Under the pieces are notes generated by a model. The model was not told the DNA's origin, did no database searches, and saw only the letters and a program-made list of their open reading frames with translations. From Clostridiales bacterium (lineage in GTDB: Bacteria > Bacillota > Clostridia > Christensenellales > UBA1242), in assembly GCA_003524095.1 (NCBI GenBank), contig DOEE01000003.1:732662-796661 (forward strand): a stretch of 64,000 nucleotides of DNA. Reading direction: 5' to 3'. Position numbers and translations under genes: made by a program. Below are positions 9,731 to 19,958 of the stretch, piece after piece (the stretch's first letter is position 1; every line of letters starts with the position of its first letter).

Positions 9731-10113
9731 AAAAAGCAATAACTTTTATAGTAATATTTGCTATAACTATCGTTTTTGGAATTTTGGAACTAAGTAGTGT
9801 TAGAAAAACACTAACTTCAATGGAAGATATTATATGTGACTTGAACAAGAGATACGAACTAAACAAGGAAGATATAACAATTTTTTATGACGAACTTGGA
9901 GACCTTAAAGAGTTTTGGGAACAACAAGAAGATTGGCTATGCTTTATATTTAACCATAGAGATTTAAGCACAATAACGGATAGCATAAATAGACTTATTC
10001 CTTATACCAAAAATAATGATTATGATAATGCAATATGCGAATTGTCTCTACTCAAAGAATACTCCACAAAAAGTTACCACATAATGGGATTTAACTTTCA
10101 TAATATATTTTAA
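9724..10113 (+). CDS. DUF4363-like small membrane-anchored protein
   Basis: 129-aa ORF with an N-terminal TM segment, overlapping the DUF421 gene end by 7 nt. DUF421/DUF4363 pairing is common in spore-formers (from memory). Confidence 0.5.
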   Translation: MVKKAITFIVIFAITIVFGILELSSVRKTLTSMEDIICDLNKRYELNKEDITIFYDELGDLKEFWEQQEDWLCFIFNHRDLSTITDSINRLIPYTKNNDYDNAICELSLLKEYSTKSYHIMGFNFHNIF

Positions 10114-10126
10114 AAGGTTTAAAAAA

Positions 10127-10174
10127 AGTAGTTTTGAAACACTTGTGCATATGCACATTCAAAACTACTTTTTC
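10127..10174. terminator. bidirectional terminator between convergent genes
   Basis: AGTAGTTTTGAA / TTCAAAACTACT 12-bp stem with flanking A- and T-runs, between the DUF4363 gene end and the uvrA end. Confidence 0.7.
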
Positions 10175-10192
10175 AATTTAAAAACTTAATAA

Positions 10193-13009
10193 TTATTTTT
10201 TCAAATAATCTTTGAGATATTTGGCGGTATAACCAATATTTTTCTTAACAATCTCTTCTGGAGTTCCCGTCGAAATAATTTCTCCGCCCAAATCTCCACC
10301 TTCCATACCTACATCAATTATATAATCAGCACATTTAATCACGTCTAAGTTATGTTCAATAATTACACATGTATTTCCATTATCTACAAGTCTATCTATT
10401 ATATGCATTAGTTTTTCTATATCATATAGGTGCAATCCAGTTGTTGGTTCGTCCAAAATATATAGAGACTTGCCCGTACTACGTTTGCTAAGTTCGCAAG
10501 CCAACTTAACCCTTTGTGCTTCGCCACCACTAAGTTCAGTCGCTGGCTGACCAAGTTTTACATATCCAAGACCAACATCAACGAGTGTTTGAATTTTATT
10601 TTTAATTCTAGGAACGTTCTCAAAAAATTCATTGGCTTCGGATATAGTCATATCAAGAACATCATATATACTCTTACCTTTAAACTTGACTTCCAAAGTT
10701 TCTCTGTTGTATCTCTTTCCATGACAAACATCACAAGTCACATATACATCAGGCAAAAAGAACATCTCAATTTTCTTGATTCCTGCTCCGCCACAACTCT
10801 CACATCTACCCCCGCTTATATTAAAACTAAATCTTCCCGCAGTGTATCCACGCTCTTTTGCACTACTTGTTTCGGCAAATAGATTTCTAATATCCGTAAA
10901 TACATTTGTATAAGTTGCAGGATTGCTACGTGGAGTTTTTCCAATTGGGCTTTGGTCAATATTAATTACTTTGTCTACATTTTCAAGCCCGCTAACAGAT
11001 TTATGTTTGCCTTCAATCATATCAGATTTGTTAACATAATTGTATACAACAGGATATAGTGTTTCATTAATAAGGCTACTCTTCCCGCTTCCGCTAACAC
11101 CAGTTACAACAGTTGTAACACCCATTGGTATTTTTAGATTTACATTCTTAAGATTATTGTGCGTGCATCCTTTGATTTCAATATATCCACGTGAAATCTC
11201 ACGTCTAGCCTTTGGAACATTTATCTTTCTCTTACCACTCAAAAACTCTCCAGTTATACTATCCTTACAATTAATAACGTCTTGCAAAGTGCCAGCAACT
11301 ACCACGTTTCCGCCATGAACTCCTGCGTATTTGCCAATATCTACAATATAATCTGCAATTTTCATTGTATCTTCATCATGTTCAACAACGATTACAGTAT
11401 TGCCCAAATCTCTTAGATGTTTGAGTGTGTCCAAAAGTTTATCGTTGTCTCTTTGATGAAGTCCAATACTAGGCTCATCTAAGATATAAATAACCCCAGT
11501 AAGCCCACTGCCAATTTGTGTAGCAAGTCTAATTCTTTGAGACTCACCACCACTCAAAGTTCCCGCCATTCGAGATAGTGTCAAATAGTCTAGTCCAACA
11601 TCCACCAAAAAGTGTAGCCTTGATTTAATCTCTTTGAGAATTGGCTCGGCAATTGTTTCGTTCATTTTGCTGAGTTTTAAGTTTTCCATAAATGAAAGAA
11701 TATTCTTAACCGACATATTACAAACATCAATTATATTTTTTCGGTTTATGAATATATTAAGTGCTTCAATCTTGAGTCTATCCCCATGACAAGTTGGGCA
11801 TATTTCTTCTTTCATTAATTTCCTAATTTCTTCCTTGGCATAGTCGCTTGTGGTTTCTCTAAAACGTCTTTCGATATTCGGAATAATTCCTTCAAATGCC
11901 ATTTGACCTACAACTTGCTCGCCAAGTCTCACATAGTCAATGTCGAGTTTTTCTTTTTTTGTCCCATACAAAATCATATCAAGCATACCCGCAGGCAAGT
12001 CTTTGACTGGAGTGTCAAGAGATACTCCAAACTTCCTAGCAACTGCACGATAAAACATTTTCGCCATTCCCGAATCGTACGACCAGCCAGATACATTTGA
12101 CAAACCACATTTGTTTATTGGCATGTTTGGATTGGTAATTATTTTTTCGACATCTATAATTTGTTTAAATCCTAAACCTTTGCAATCTTCACAAGCCCCA
12201 AACGGACTATTAAAACTAAAGAGTCGTGGGGCGATTTCTTCAATAGAATATCCACACTCATCACAAAAGTGTGTTGTGCTAAATAGCATCATTTCGCCTT
12301 CGACATCAATATTTACTGTTCCTTTGGAAAGTTTAATTGCACTTTCAACACTATCCGTTATTCGACTTTGATTTTCATCTCTAACTACAAGTCTATCTAT
12401 GACCACATAAATCGTATGTCTTATATTTTTTTCAAGTTTAATGTCATCGTCAAGTGTCATATCGCTTCCGTCAATTTTAACTCTGTGATAGCCTTCTTTT
12501 CTCAAATCATCTAATTCTTTTGCAAAAGTTCCCTTCTTTCCCTTAACATACGAAGCCATGATTTGAATTTTTTTATCCTTTAACTCCATAATCTTGTCGA
12601 TTATGACGTCTATAGACTGAGTTGAAATTTCCTTTTTGCAATTTGGACAATAAGCCTTGCCTATATGTGCAAAAAGTAGCCTTAGGTAATCATAAATTTC
12701 GGTAACCGTTCCGACTGTACTTCTTGGATTATTTGAAGTTGTCTTTTGGTCAATTGATATACTTGGCGACAATCCATCAATACTATCAACATCGGGTTTG
12801 GACATTTGTCCCAAAAATTGTCTAGCATAACTTGACAAACTTTCCATGTAACGTCTTTGACCTTCGGCAAAAATCGTGTCAAAAGCGAGTGTACTTTTGC
12901 CACTACCACTTACCCCAGTAAATACCACTAGTTTATTACGGGGAATTGTAAGATTAATGTTTTTTAGGTTGTTTTCTCTCGCGCCTTTTATAACAATGTC
13001 TTCTAACAT
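10193..13009 (-). CDS. uvrA: excinuclease ABC subunit A
   Basis: 938-aa ORF with two ABC ATPase modules (GVSGSGKST twice, LSGGE signatures) and zinc-finger Cys clusters. Confidence 0.95.
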   Translation of the reverse strand: MLEDIVIKGARENNLKNINLTIPRNKLVVFTGVSGSGKSTLAFDTIFAEGQRRYMESLSSYARQFLGQMSKPDVDSIDGLSPSISIDQKTTSNNPRSTVGTVTEIYDYLRLLFAHIGKAYCPNCKKEISTQSIDVIIDKIMELKDKKIQIMASYVKGKKGTFAKELDDLRKEGYHRVKIDGSDMTLDDDIKLEKNIRHTIYVVIDRLVVRDENQSRITDSVESAIKLSKGTVNIDVEGEMMLFSTTHFCDECGYSIEEIAPRLFSFNSPFGACEDCKGLGFKQIIDVEKIITNPNMPINKCGLSNVSGWSYDSGMAKMFYRAVARKFGVSLDTPVKDLPAGMLDMILYGTKKEKLDIDYVRLGEQVVGQMAFEGIIPNIERRFRETTSDYAKEEIRKLMKEEICPTCHGDRLKIEALNIFINRKNIIDVCNMSVKNILSFMENLKLSKMNETIAEPILKEIKSRLHFLVDVGLDYLTLSRMAGTLSGGESQRIRLATQIGSGLTGVIYILDEPSIGLHQRDNDKLLDTLKHLRDLGNTVIVVEHDEDTMKIADYIVDIGKYAGVHGGNVVVAGTLQDVINCKDSITGEFLSGKRKINVPKARREISRGYIEIKGCTHNNLKNVNLKIPMGVTTVVTGVSGSGKSSLINETLYPVVYNYVNKSDMIEGKHKSVSGLENVDKVINIDQSPIGKTPRSNPATYTNVFTDIRNLFAETSSAKERGYTAGRFSFNISGGRCESCGGAGIKKIEMFFLPDVYVTCDVCHGKRYNRETLEVKFKGKSIYDVLDMTISEANEFFENVPRIKNKIQTLVDVGLGYVKLGQPATELSGGEAQRVKLACELSKRSTGKSLYILDEPTTGLHLYDIEKLMHIIDRLVDNGNTCVIIEHNLDVIKCADYIIDVGMEGGDLGGEIISTGTPEEIVKKNIGYTAKYLKDYLKK

Positions 13010-13010
13010 A

Positions 13011-14960
13011 TTATTTGTCCTTTAATTCTTTGATTTGTTCTCTAAATAAAATTGCTTTTTCGAAATCAAGCATATTTGATGCTTCTTTCATTAAACCTTG
13101 AAGCCTAAATATTTCTTGTTCTTTTTCTTTTTTGTTTAATTTTTTCTTGTCTTTGTTTGCTTTCTTAGTTATTTCCAAAGTATTCTTAATTGGCTTGATA
13201 ATCGTCTGCGGAGTTATGCCATGTTCTTTGTTGTATAACATCTGAATTTGTCTACGTCTAGTTGTTTCACTCACTGCTTTTTTGATAGAATCAGTCATTA
13301 TATCCGCATACAAAATCACCCTACTTTCTGAGTTTCTAGCCGCACGACCAATTGTTTGAATAAGTGCCCACTCACTTCTCAAAAATCCTTCTTTGTCTGC
13401 ATCAAGAATAGCCACAAGTTTAACTTCTGGAATATCCAATCCTTCACGTAATAAATTGATGCCTATTAGCACATCAAAATCTTTTCGCCTTAGCCCGTTA
13501 ATTATATCAACTCTATCAAGAGTGTCAATGTCCGAATGTAGATATTTAACCTTAAATTTCTTTTCGGACAAGTAATTAGTTAGACTTTCAGCCATTTTTT
13601 TGGTTAATGTAGTAACCAAAACACGTCCGTCTTTTTCCATTGTGCTATTAATTTGTCCTATTAAATCATCTACTTGATTTTTAACTGGCTTAATATCAAT
13701 TAATGGCTCAAGTAGTCCTGTTGGACGAATAATTTGCTCTACAACTTGACCCGAATTATCTAGTTCAAACTTGGCAGGAGTTGCTGAGACAAAAATCGCC
13801 TGTCCAATTTTGTGTTCGAATTCGTCAAAGTTAAGTGGTCTATTATCATATGCCGAAGGAAGTCTAAAGCCATAATCCACAAGATTTTTCTTTCTTGCCA
13901 AGTCTCCAGCAAACATACCCCTAATTTGTGGCAGAGTTATGTGACTTTCATCAACAAATAACAAAAAATCCTTTGGAAAGTAGTCAAGCAAAGTATAAGG
14001 TGCTTGACCCGGAAGTCTCCCGTCAAAATATCTCGAGTAATTCTCAATGCCGTTGCAATAACCGACTTCTTTCATCATTTCCAAGTCATAAAAGACTCTT
14101 TCTTTGATTCGCTGTGCTTCAATCAATTTGCCTTGTTCTTCAAATTCTTTGACCCTAACTAAACAATCATGCTTGATGTTTTCAAAAACATCGTCCATTT
14201 GAGAGTTATTTATAATATAATGAGTGGCTGGCAAAAGATATAAATGTTCAAGAGTATTAAGTTTCTTTCCCGTCAATACTTCAAACTCGGATATTTCCTC
14301 AATTTCGTCATCAAAAAAACTAATTCTTATCCCAACTTCACTCTTGTTTGGTGGAATAATATCCAAAATATCGCCTTTGCTTCTAAAGGTTCCACGTTTA
14401 AAGTCTATATCGTTTCGTTGATATTGCAGTTCAATTAGTCTTTTGATAATATCTTTTTTGTTGTAAATTTCATTTGGTCTAAGTGACAGACACGAACTCG
14501 AATATGCTTCAGGCGCACCCAAACTATAAATACACGAAACTGATGCTACTACTATAACATCACGCCTTTCAAATAACGAGCAAGTCGCAGAATGTCTTAG
14601 TTTATCTATTTCGTCATTAATACTCATATCTTTTTCGATATACGTGTCACTAGAAACAATATACGCTTCGGGCTGATAATAATCATAATAGGAAACAAAA
14701 TATTCTACTCTGTTATTTGGAAAAAACTCCCTAAACTCGTTGCATAATTGAGCGGCAAGTGTTTTGTTGTGGGCAATTACAAGAGTGGGTCTATTTGTGT
14801 TTTTAATTATGTTTGCCATAGTAAAAGTTTTTCCTGAACCAGTAACTCCAAGCAATGTTTGATATCTTAGTCCGTCGTTTAACCCTTCGACTAATTTTTC
14901 GATTGCTTGAGGCTGGTCACCGGTTGGCTTGTATTTACTTACTAACTCAAATTTATCCAT
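13011..14960 (-). CDS. uvrB: excinuclease ABC subunit B
   Basis: The track ORF extends to 15056, but the conserved UvrB N-terminus [20 protein letters not shown] starts at 14960. It has the helicase motifs GVTGSGKT and DESH, and the C-terminal UVR motif. Confidence 0.95.
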   Translation of the reverse strand: MDKFELVSKYKPTGDQPQAIEKLVEGLNDGLRYQTLLGVTGSGKTFTMANIIKNTNRPTLVIAHNKTLAAQLCNEFREFFPNNRVEYFVSYYDYYQPEAYIVSSDTYIEKDMSINDEIDKLRHSATCSLFERRDVIVVASVSCIYSLGAPEAYSSSCLSLRPNEIYNKKDIIKRLIELQYQRNDIDFKRGTFRSKGDILDIIPPNKSEVGIRISFFDDEIEEISEFEVLTGKKLNTLEHLYLLPATHYIINNSQMDDVFENIKHDCLVRVKEFEEQGKLIEAQRIKERVFYDLEMMKEVGYCNGIENYSRYFDGRLPGQAPYTLLDYFPKDFLLFVDESHITLPQIRGMFAGDLARKKNLVDYGFRLPSAYDNRPLNFDEFEHKIGQAIFVSATPAKFELDNSGQVVEQIIRPTGLLEPLIDIKPVKNQVDDLIGQINSTMEKDGRVLVTTLTKKMAESLTNYLSEKKFKVKYLHSDIDTLDRVDIINGLRRKDFDVLIGINLLREGLDIPEVKLVAILDADKEGFLRSEWALIQTIGRAARNSESRVILYADIMTDSIKKAVSETTRRRQIQMLYNKEHGITPQTIIKPIKNTLEITKKANKDKKKLNKKEKEQEIFRLQGLMKEASNMLDFEKAILFREQIKELKDK

Positions 14961-15129
14961 AGTATATATTTCCCTAAAATTTATATAATTAAAATCTTTG
15001 CAATATAAAATTTTATCAATACGAGTATACAACAAAAATATTATAATTACAAGCAAAATATTTAAATATTAGAACATAAGTTCGAAAGTTAAAAAACAAA
15101 TAAACTCTTACACATTTTAACATAAGAGT

Positions 15130-15492
15130 CTATTTGATAAATATTGCTTTTAAGATTATGCCTACAATAAATGATAGTACGGCAAGCAAAATGGTTTTTA
15201 CAATTGCTGTTGACCAAGATTTTTTTATGTTTTTTTGTTCCCTATTAAAAGATTTCCCCTTAGTCAAAATTGTAATACAGTATATAAGTTCGCCATTTTT
15301 ATCCGAATTTACAAGGTTTATATATTCTTCTTGAACAAGACCTTCCAAAATCGCCTGAATTTCAATGTTATTAGCCGAATACTTTGGCTGAAGAGCATAT
15401 TCTAAATCTAGTGGCGTCAAAAGACAAGTGGATTTTCCACCACTTTTTTCCAAAATATAATACATAATCAATTTTTCTTTTTTTGATAACAT
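15130..15492 (-). CDS. hypothetical protein: small N-terminal globular (possibly winged-helix) domain plus C-terminal TM anchor
   Basis: 120-aa ORF with a C-terminal hydrophobic helix (AIVKTILLAVLSFIVGIILKAIFI). Its architecture matches the adjacent 117-aa ORF. Confidence 0.35.
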   Translation of the reverse strand: MLSKKEKLIMYYILEKSGGKSTCLLTPLDLEYALQPKYSANNIEIQAILEGLVQEEYINLVNSDKNGELIYCITILTKGKSFNREQKNIKKSWSTAIVKTILLAVLSFIVGIILKAIFIK

Positions 15493-15497
15493 GCCTC

Positions 15498-15851
15498 TTA
15501 CCTTAGTATTAGTATTGCAAGTCCTGCCCCAATAAAAGCAAATACTCCCGACAAAATTGAAAATAATAGCAAAAAGTAAAACATTTTTTTGTTAGTGGAA
15601 CTTTCAATTTTTAGGTTTTCTTGAATAATTCTTGAATTATCTTTGATAATAAGACAAACATTATCTTGGTCTATGTATTTTAAGTCAATATACTTATATT
15701 GATTAAGATAATTCATATCTTTCTTGAGAAGTTCAAAGTGATTTTTGTAACTTTTAATTGATTTAAGGATTGTTCCACACTCCAAAACTTTGTAATTTTC
15801 ATTACATTGTTTTGACAAATATTTAAGTAATAATATTTTTCGCTTATCCAT
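15498..15851 (-). CDS. hypothetical protein, same architecture as the downstream neighbour
   Basis: 117-aa ORF with a C-terminal TM segment (FYFLLLFSILSGVFAFIGAGLAILIL). It is separated from the next ORF by 5 nt. Confidence 0.35.
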   Translation of the reverse strand: MDKRKILLLKYLSKQCNENYKVLECGTILKSIKSYKNHFELLKKDMNYLNQYKYIDLKYIDQDNVCLIIKDNSRIIQENLKIESSTNKKMFYFLLLFSILSGVFAFIGAGLAILILR

Positions 15852-15917
15852 AAGATTATTTTAACATAACTATAATTTTTTAACAACAATTTAGATAGTC
15901 TTTAAAAACAGAATAGA

Positions 15918-15951
15918 CAAAAAATAGACATCATTAGTTTTTGATGCCTAT
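15918..15951 (-). terminator. rho-independent terminator after the surface protein gene
   Basis: Minus-strand AUAGGCAUCA / UGAUGUCUAU stem (one G-U pair) followed by a U6 run. Confidence 0.6.
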
Positions 15952-15962
15952 TTTTAAATCAA

Positions 15963-18900
15963 TTATTTAGATTTTTTTGGAGATTTCTTACTAGATTTTT
16001 TCTTACTAGAAGCAACAAAGTAAACAACCACACCGCCAAGTACCACAACAGAAAGTACTACAAGTACAGTTCCAAGAACTGGGCTAACTTTCTTTGTTTC
16101 AGCTTCTTCGCTTGGTACATTGATTGTATAAGAATAAGTATTTGTATTTCCAACCTTATCTTTTACAACAATTTTGAGTGTATGATTACCAGTTTGTGTA
16201 AATTTCCATTCATAACCTTCGTTGTTTGCAACTTGGTTAGTAACAGTTGTTCCGTCAGGAGCTGTAACAGAAATAGAAATTTTTTCACGCAAGTATGTCG
16301 GGTCAGATTCATTATCGCTAAGAGTAAGCATATTATTTAGATTAAGAACATAAGTCTCATTCAACTTAACTTCTGTTGGAAGGTCTTTGTCTTTGTTCAC
16401 CCAAGCAAGTGTAGGTTTTTCGCAGTCACCAACAGCAATTGTTAGAGTTTTTGTTGATTCGTTACCCGCTTCATCTACTGCACTATATTTAATAGTATAT
16501 GTGCCTTCAGATGTAGCCTTGAAGTACTTAACATGAGAGTTTTCGTCTCCTTCATAATCCATAACAGATGGTTTTGTTCCGTTTGGTCCAGTTACTGTAT
16601 ATGTTACATCAACTTGTCCACGATTCTTGTCAGTTGCAAATGCTACTGGGATTTTGATTGTCATATAATCTTCGCCAGTTTCTTTTGTAAACTTGGTTGA
16701 TGCTGGGAATCTATAAGTCAAATCCAAATCAATTGTTGGAGCAATTGTGTCTTTGGCTGTAACTGTAAATAAACTATCTTCCAAACTAGCCACGTTGCCA
16801 AACTCATCAACACCTGTGTATCTAATAAAGAATGTTCCTTCACTTGTTGGAATAAATCCGTTGCTATAAAGAGTACATTCTGCACCATTACTCTTGTTGT
16901 AGATTTCCCAATTGATTGTTCCATTAAATGTTTCGCCATCTTTGATAAGTTGAGCGGTTGGAACTTCAAAATATTCACCTACTTCAATAGTCTTTCCGAA
17001 TTTGTCTTCGTCAAGCAATGTAATAGTTGGAGCAGTTTTGTCATTAACTCTAATTCCATAAGATCTTGCGGTTGTTTTTCCTGAAAAGTCTTTGGCTGTA
17101 TATGTTACTGTGTATACACCATATCCACTAAGTTTGAATGATGCATCAGAAATTGTATATGTTTTTGTAGTAGAATTAAATGAAACCTTTTCTTGATTAA
17201 CTTTGGATACTTCGTTACCCTTTCTGTCAGTAATCTTAATGGATATCGAAAGATTTGTATCTTGGTCATCCCAAACAGTCATAGTTGGCAATGTTAGGAT
17301 TGTTGAACCTTGGTCAAATGGTGCAATCTTATTGCCACCTTTTGTAATATATCCCTGTGCATCAATTGATGTTGTTGCACCTTCGGCAATCCCTGCAACT
17401 GCATTAACAGCAGACTTGTTTGCTTCGTACAATGCTTTGTTGAAATTAAATGATGTGTTGCCTTTTTCAAATTCAGGGTTTTCGTTATCGCTACCTGATC
17501 TCAAGATTTTGATTGTATGAACAGTCGACTTAACAACGTTTGTACCACTAGATGCCTCTCTAACACCTTTGATTTCGTCCAAATATGCTTCGGCATAAAT
17601 CTTAAATTCAGTAGCACTCTCGCCAATATCAGAAATCTTAATTTGATATTTACCATCATCATTAGTCTTGGTAAGTTCAACAGGTGCATTTGTACCAACT
17701 TGATAGAATGTCTTAACTTCAATGTTTTTGTCATAAGTATCAGTAGCGGTTGGTTTTGCAAAAGTCAATACTTTTTCTTGGTCACTAACTTGGCTAGTTC
17801 CAATGTTCAAGTTAACTTTTGTTGTGCCTTTTGTCAAATCTTCGTCAGTATCGTAGATAACGATATCATAAACGATTTCACCAAGTGTATTACCCGCTTT
17901 GTCGGTTGCTTGATATCTTATTTCAGCGTTACCTTTTGTCTTAAATTCAATTTCAGCAGGTTTATTTGGTTCTGTTTCAACTGTTGTAACAGCACCAGTA
18001 GAACTACGATAACTTCTTACAATCTTAATCTCATCGTTATCTTTGCCTTTGAATGTATAGAAGTTGTCAGTTGCATATGCTGCAGGAATTGTAATCTTAA
18101 CAGATTTTGTTTCGCCAACTTTTTCTAGTTTTGCAACAGATGGAATATCTACACGTCTATTAACAAGCAATTTTTCAGCAGATTCTCTATCTGTTACTGC
18201 TGTACCTTCGGCACTATCATATACTCTAGTGATTTCGCCCTCAGCATCAAAATCATATTTATAAGTTGGAATAACTTGTGGTGCTTGTTTGTCACTAACA
18301 ACAATTGTGTCAGCAGGTGTAACTTCGCATTTGCAATTTTCACCAAATACAGGAATAGTTGCAACATAAGTTATAGAGTATGTTCCAATTTCAGTAGGTT
18401 TGAATGTATATTTGTCATAATCAACATTCAAATTAACTTTTTGACCATTTTTCTTAATAATTACTTCAACGTGAGCATTTACAGCATCAGTAGAAGAAGT
18501 ATTGCTATCTACAACTTTAACCTTAGGAATTGTAATATCTGTTCCTACATTTCCGCTAGTTGGCATACTGCTTTGCAAAGACATCTTAAGTTTGATGTCT
18601 GATGTAACATAACTATCAGCCTTAACAACTTGGAAGTTTGATTCAAGTCTTGAAATAACTGAAAATAAGCTTTCATTAGTTTCGTTTACGCTACGATATT
18701 CATAAACGATTTGATAAGTTCCAGTTTCCGAAAGTTTTGTTTTGTCTACTGCATAGTATTTGCCTTCAGCATCCAATGTCAACATAACATCTTCGCTTGG
18801 AGTGCTTAGATAACATACAAACTTATTTCCAAGTTCTTTTGCTGTCTTTTTAATATCTTCACCATTTTCGTCTACAACTGTAACAGTTGGAGCAGGAATC

Positions 18901-19394
18901 TTAAGACCATCCAAACTTGCAGGAATCTTAGCAGGAATTACATATTCACTATTAACAGGAAGTGCAATTGTTGCTTCTTCCTTTTCAACAAAGAATGACA
19001 AATTCTTGACAGCGGTTGTAATACCGTTTTCGTTTTTAACCGCAATAGTCAAGTTATAATAGCCTTGATATTTTGGAGTAAACAAATATTTGTCTTCTGC
19101 ATTTTTCTCAATAGTATATTCTTTTTTATCCTTTTTAACAGTATATACAAGTTTTTCGCCAGCTTTTAATCCGTCGGTTACTGTAGTCTTTGGAAGTTCC
19201 ATTTCTGTGTTGATTTTGTAACCAGAATTTTTAAAAGCTTCAACTTTTATTTCAGCACCTTTTACATCTGTAATAGTCTCACTAGCACTAACTTGAATTT
19301 GTTGTTGTTTTTGGTCAACTACATTTGCAACAATGCCTGTAGCAGTAACACCAGCAAGTAACAAAGGTACAATGATTTTTTTCTTGTCTTTCAT
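15963..19394 (-). CDS. large cell-surface protein with multiple Ig-like repeats (HYR/DUF5011-like), C-terminal TM anchor and Lys-rich tail
   Basis: 1143-aa ORF with a signal peptide (MKDKKKIIVPLLLAGVTATG). Motifs of the form GTYxIxYxAxDxxGN followed by APTI recur about every 100 aa. The C-terminus is VLVVLSVVVLGGVVVYFV followed by SSKKKSSKKSPKKSK. I found no LPXTG. Confidence 0.7.
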   Translation of the reverse strand: MKDKKKIIVPLLLAGVTATGIVANVVDQKQQQIQVSASETITDVKGAEIKVEAFKNSGYKINTEMELPKTTVTDGLKAGEKLVYTVKKDKKEYTIEKNAEDKYLFTPKYQGYYNLTIAVKNENGITTAVKNLSFFVEKEEATIALPVNSEYVIPAKIPASLDGLKIPAPTVTVVDENGEDIKKTAKELGNKFVCYLSTPSEDVMLTLDAEGKYYAVDKTKLSETGTYQIVYEYRSVNETNESLFSVISRLESNFQVVKADSYVTSDIKLKMSLQSSMPTSGNVGTDITIPKVKVVDSNTSSTDAVNAHVEVIIKKNGQKVNLNVDYDKYTFKPTEIGTYSITYVATIPVFGENCKCEVTPADTIVVSDKQAPQVIPTYKYDFDAEGEITRVYDSAEGTAVTDRESAEKLLVNRRVDIPSVAKLEKVGETKSVKITIPAAYATDNFYTFKGKDNDEIKIVRSYRSSTGAVTTVETEPNKPAEIEFKTKGNAEIRYQATDKAGNTLGEIVYDIVIYDTDEDLTKGTTKVNLNIGTSQVSDQEKVLTFAKPTATDTYDKNIEVKTFYQVGTNAPVELTKTNDDGKYQIKISDIGESATEFKIYAEAYLDEIKGVREASSGTNVVKSTVHTIKILRSGSDNENPEFEKGNTSFNFNKALYEANKSAVNAVAGIAEGATTSIDAQGYITKGGNKIAPFDQGSTILTLPTMTVWDDQDTNLSISIKITDRKGNEVSKVNQEKVSFNSTTKTYTISDASFKLSGYGVYTVTYTAKDFSGKTTARSYGIRVNDKTAPTITLLDEDKFGKTIEVGEYFEVPTAQLIKDGETFNGTINWEIYNKSNGAECTLYSNGFIPTSEGTFFIRYTGVDEFGNVASLEDSLFTVTAKDTIAPTIDLDLTYRFPASTKFTKETGEDYMTIKIPVAFATDKNRGQVDVTYTVTGPNGTKPSVMDYEGDENSHVKYFKATSEGTYTIKYSAVDEAGNESTKTLTIAVGDCEKPTLAWVNKDKDLPTEVKLNETYVLNLNNMLTLSDNESDPTYLREKISISVTAPDGTTVTNQVANNEGYEWKFTQTGNHTLKIVVKDKVGNTNTYSYTINVPSEEAETKKVSPVLGTVLVVLSVVVLGGVVVYFVASSKKKSSKKSPKKSK

Positions 19395-19593
19395 AATTGT
19401 AAAAATTCTCCCTATTAACTTAATTATAACGAATTTAGTTTATTATTTTTTTGCGGTTTTGTCAACTATTAATTACAAATATTTAAATTTCTTTTGACTG
19501 GCATATTCGTTACTTGTATTATGAGTGTATTTTTCCAAATTATGTAAAAAAATTAGAAAAATTTTCCAAATGATTTTTTATACAATTTTACAT

Positions 19594-19620
19594 CAAAAAA
19601 CTCTTGGGAAAGCCCAAGAG
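19594..19620 (-). terminator. rho-independent terminator after the Cys-rich peptide gene
   Basis: CTCTTGGG-AAAG-CCCAAGAG hairpin followed on the minus strand by T6. Confidence 0.75.
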
Positions 19621-19660
19621 TTATTTCAAACATAAGAGAAGTAGATTTTAAATTTATTTT

Positions 19661-19861
19661 TTAGCAACCAAAACCAGTGCCACAGCCACAGCAGTTAAGG
19701 ATAAGTAACAATAAGATGATGTTCCAACAGCAGTTGTCATCACCGCCAAACCCGTTGCATCCGCAAAGCATCAAAAGAAGTAGTAAACAACAGCAGTTAT
19801 TACCCTTGCCAATAGCACCATTACCTATTCCACGATTGCATCCACAATTATTTCCAAACAT
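19661..19861 (-). CDS. 66-aa Cys/Gly/Asn-rich peptide with two short Leu-rich cores
   Basis: The ORF is preceded by GGAGG with an 8-nt spacer and followed by a clean terminator. It has 13 Cys in 66 aa, arranged as two repeats of (G/N/C cluster, Leu-rich core, C/G cluster). Confidence 0.6.
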   Translation of the reverse strand: MFGNNCGCNRGIGNGAIGKGNNCCCLLLLLMLCGCNGFGGDDNCCWNIILLLLILNCCGCGTGFGC

Positions 19862-19958
19862 AATGTTTTCCTCCTAATTTAGAAAGCAATTATATGTATG
19901 TATTTTGTTTTTTTGCTTTCTACTTCATAGTACTAACAAAGTTCAGAAAATGTTACAT

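Noticed and set aside
17517-18128. Long ORFs antisense to conserved genes. Examples are the 203-aa plus-strand ORF inside the surface protein gene, 49321-49890 inside clpX, 56115-56742 inside groES/groEL, and 8986-9183 inside the DUF421 gene. Dozens of 60-130 aa ORFs in the track are of the same kind.
   Set aside because: They lie opposite clearly conserved coding frames. Their translations are low-complexity and Phe/Ile/Ser/Cys-rich, typical of shadow frames in AT-rich DNA. They lack RBS and promoter context.
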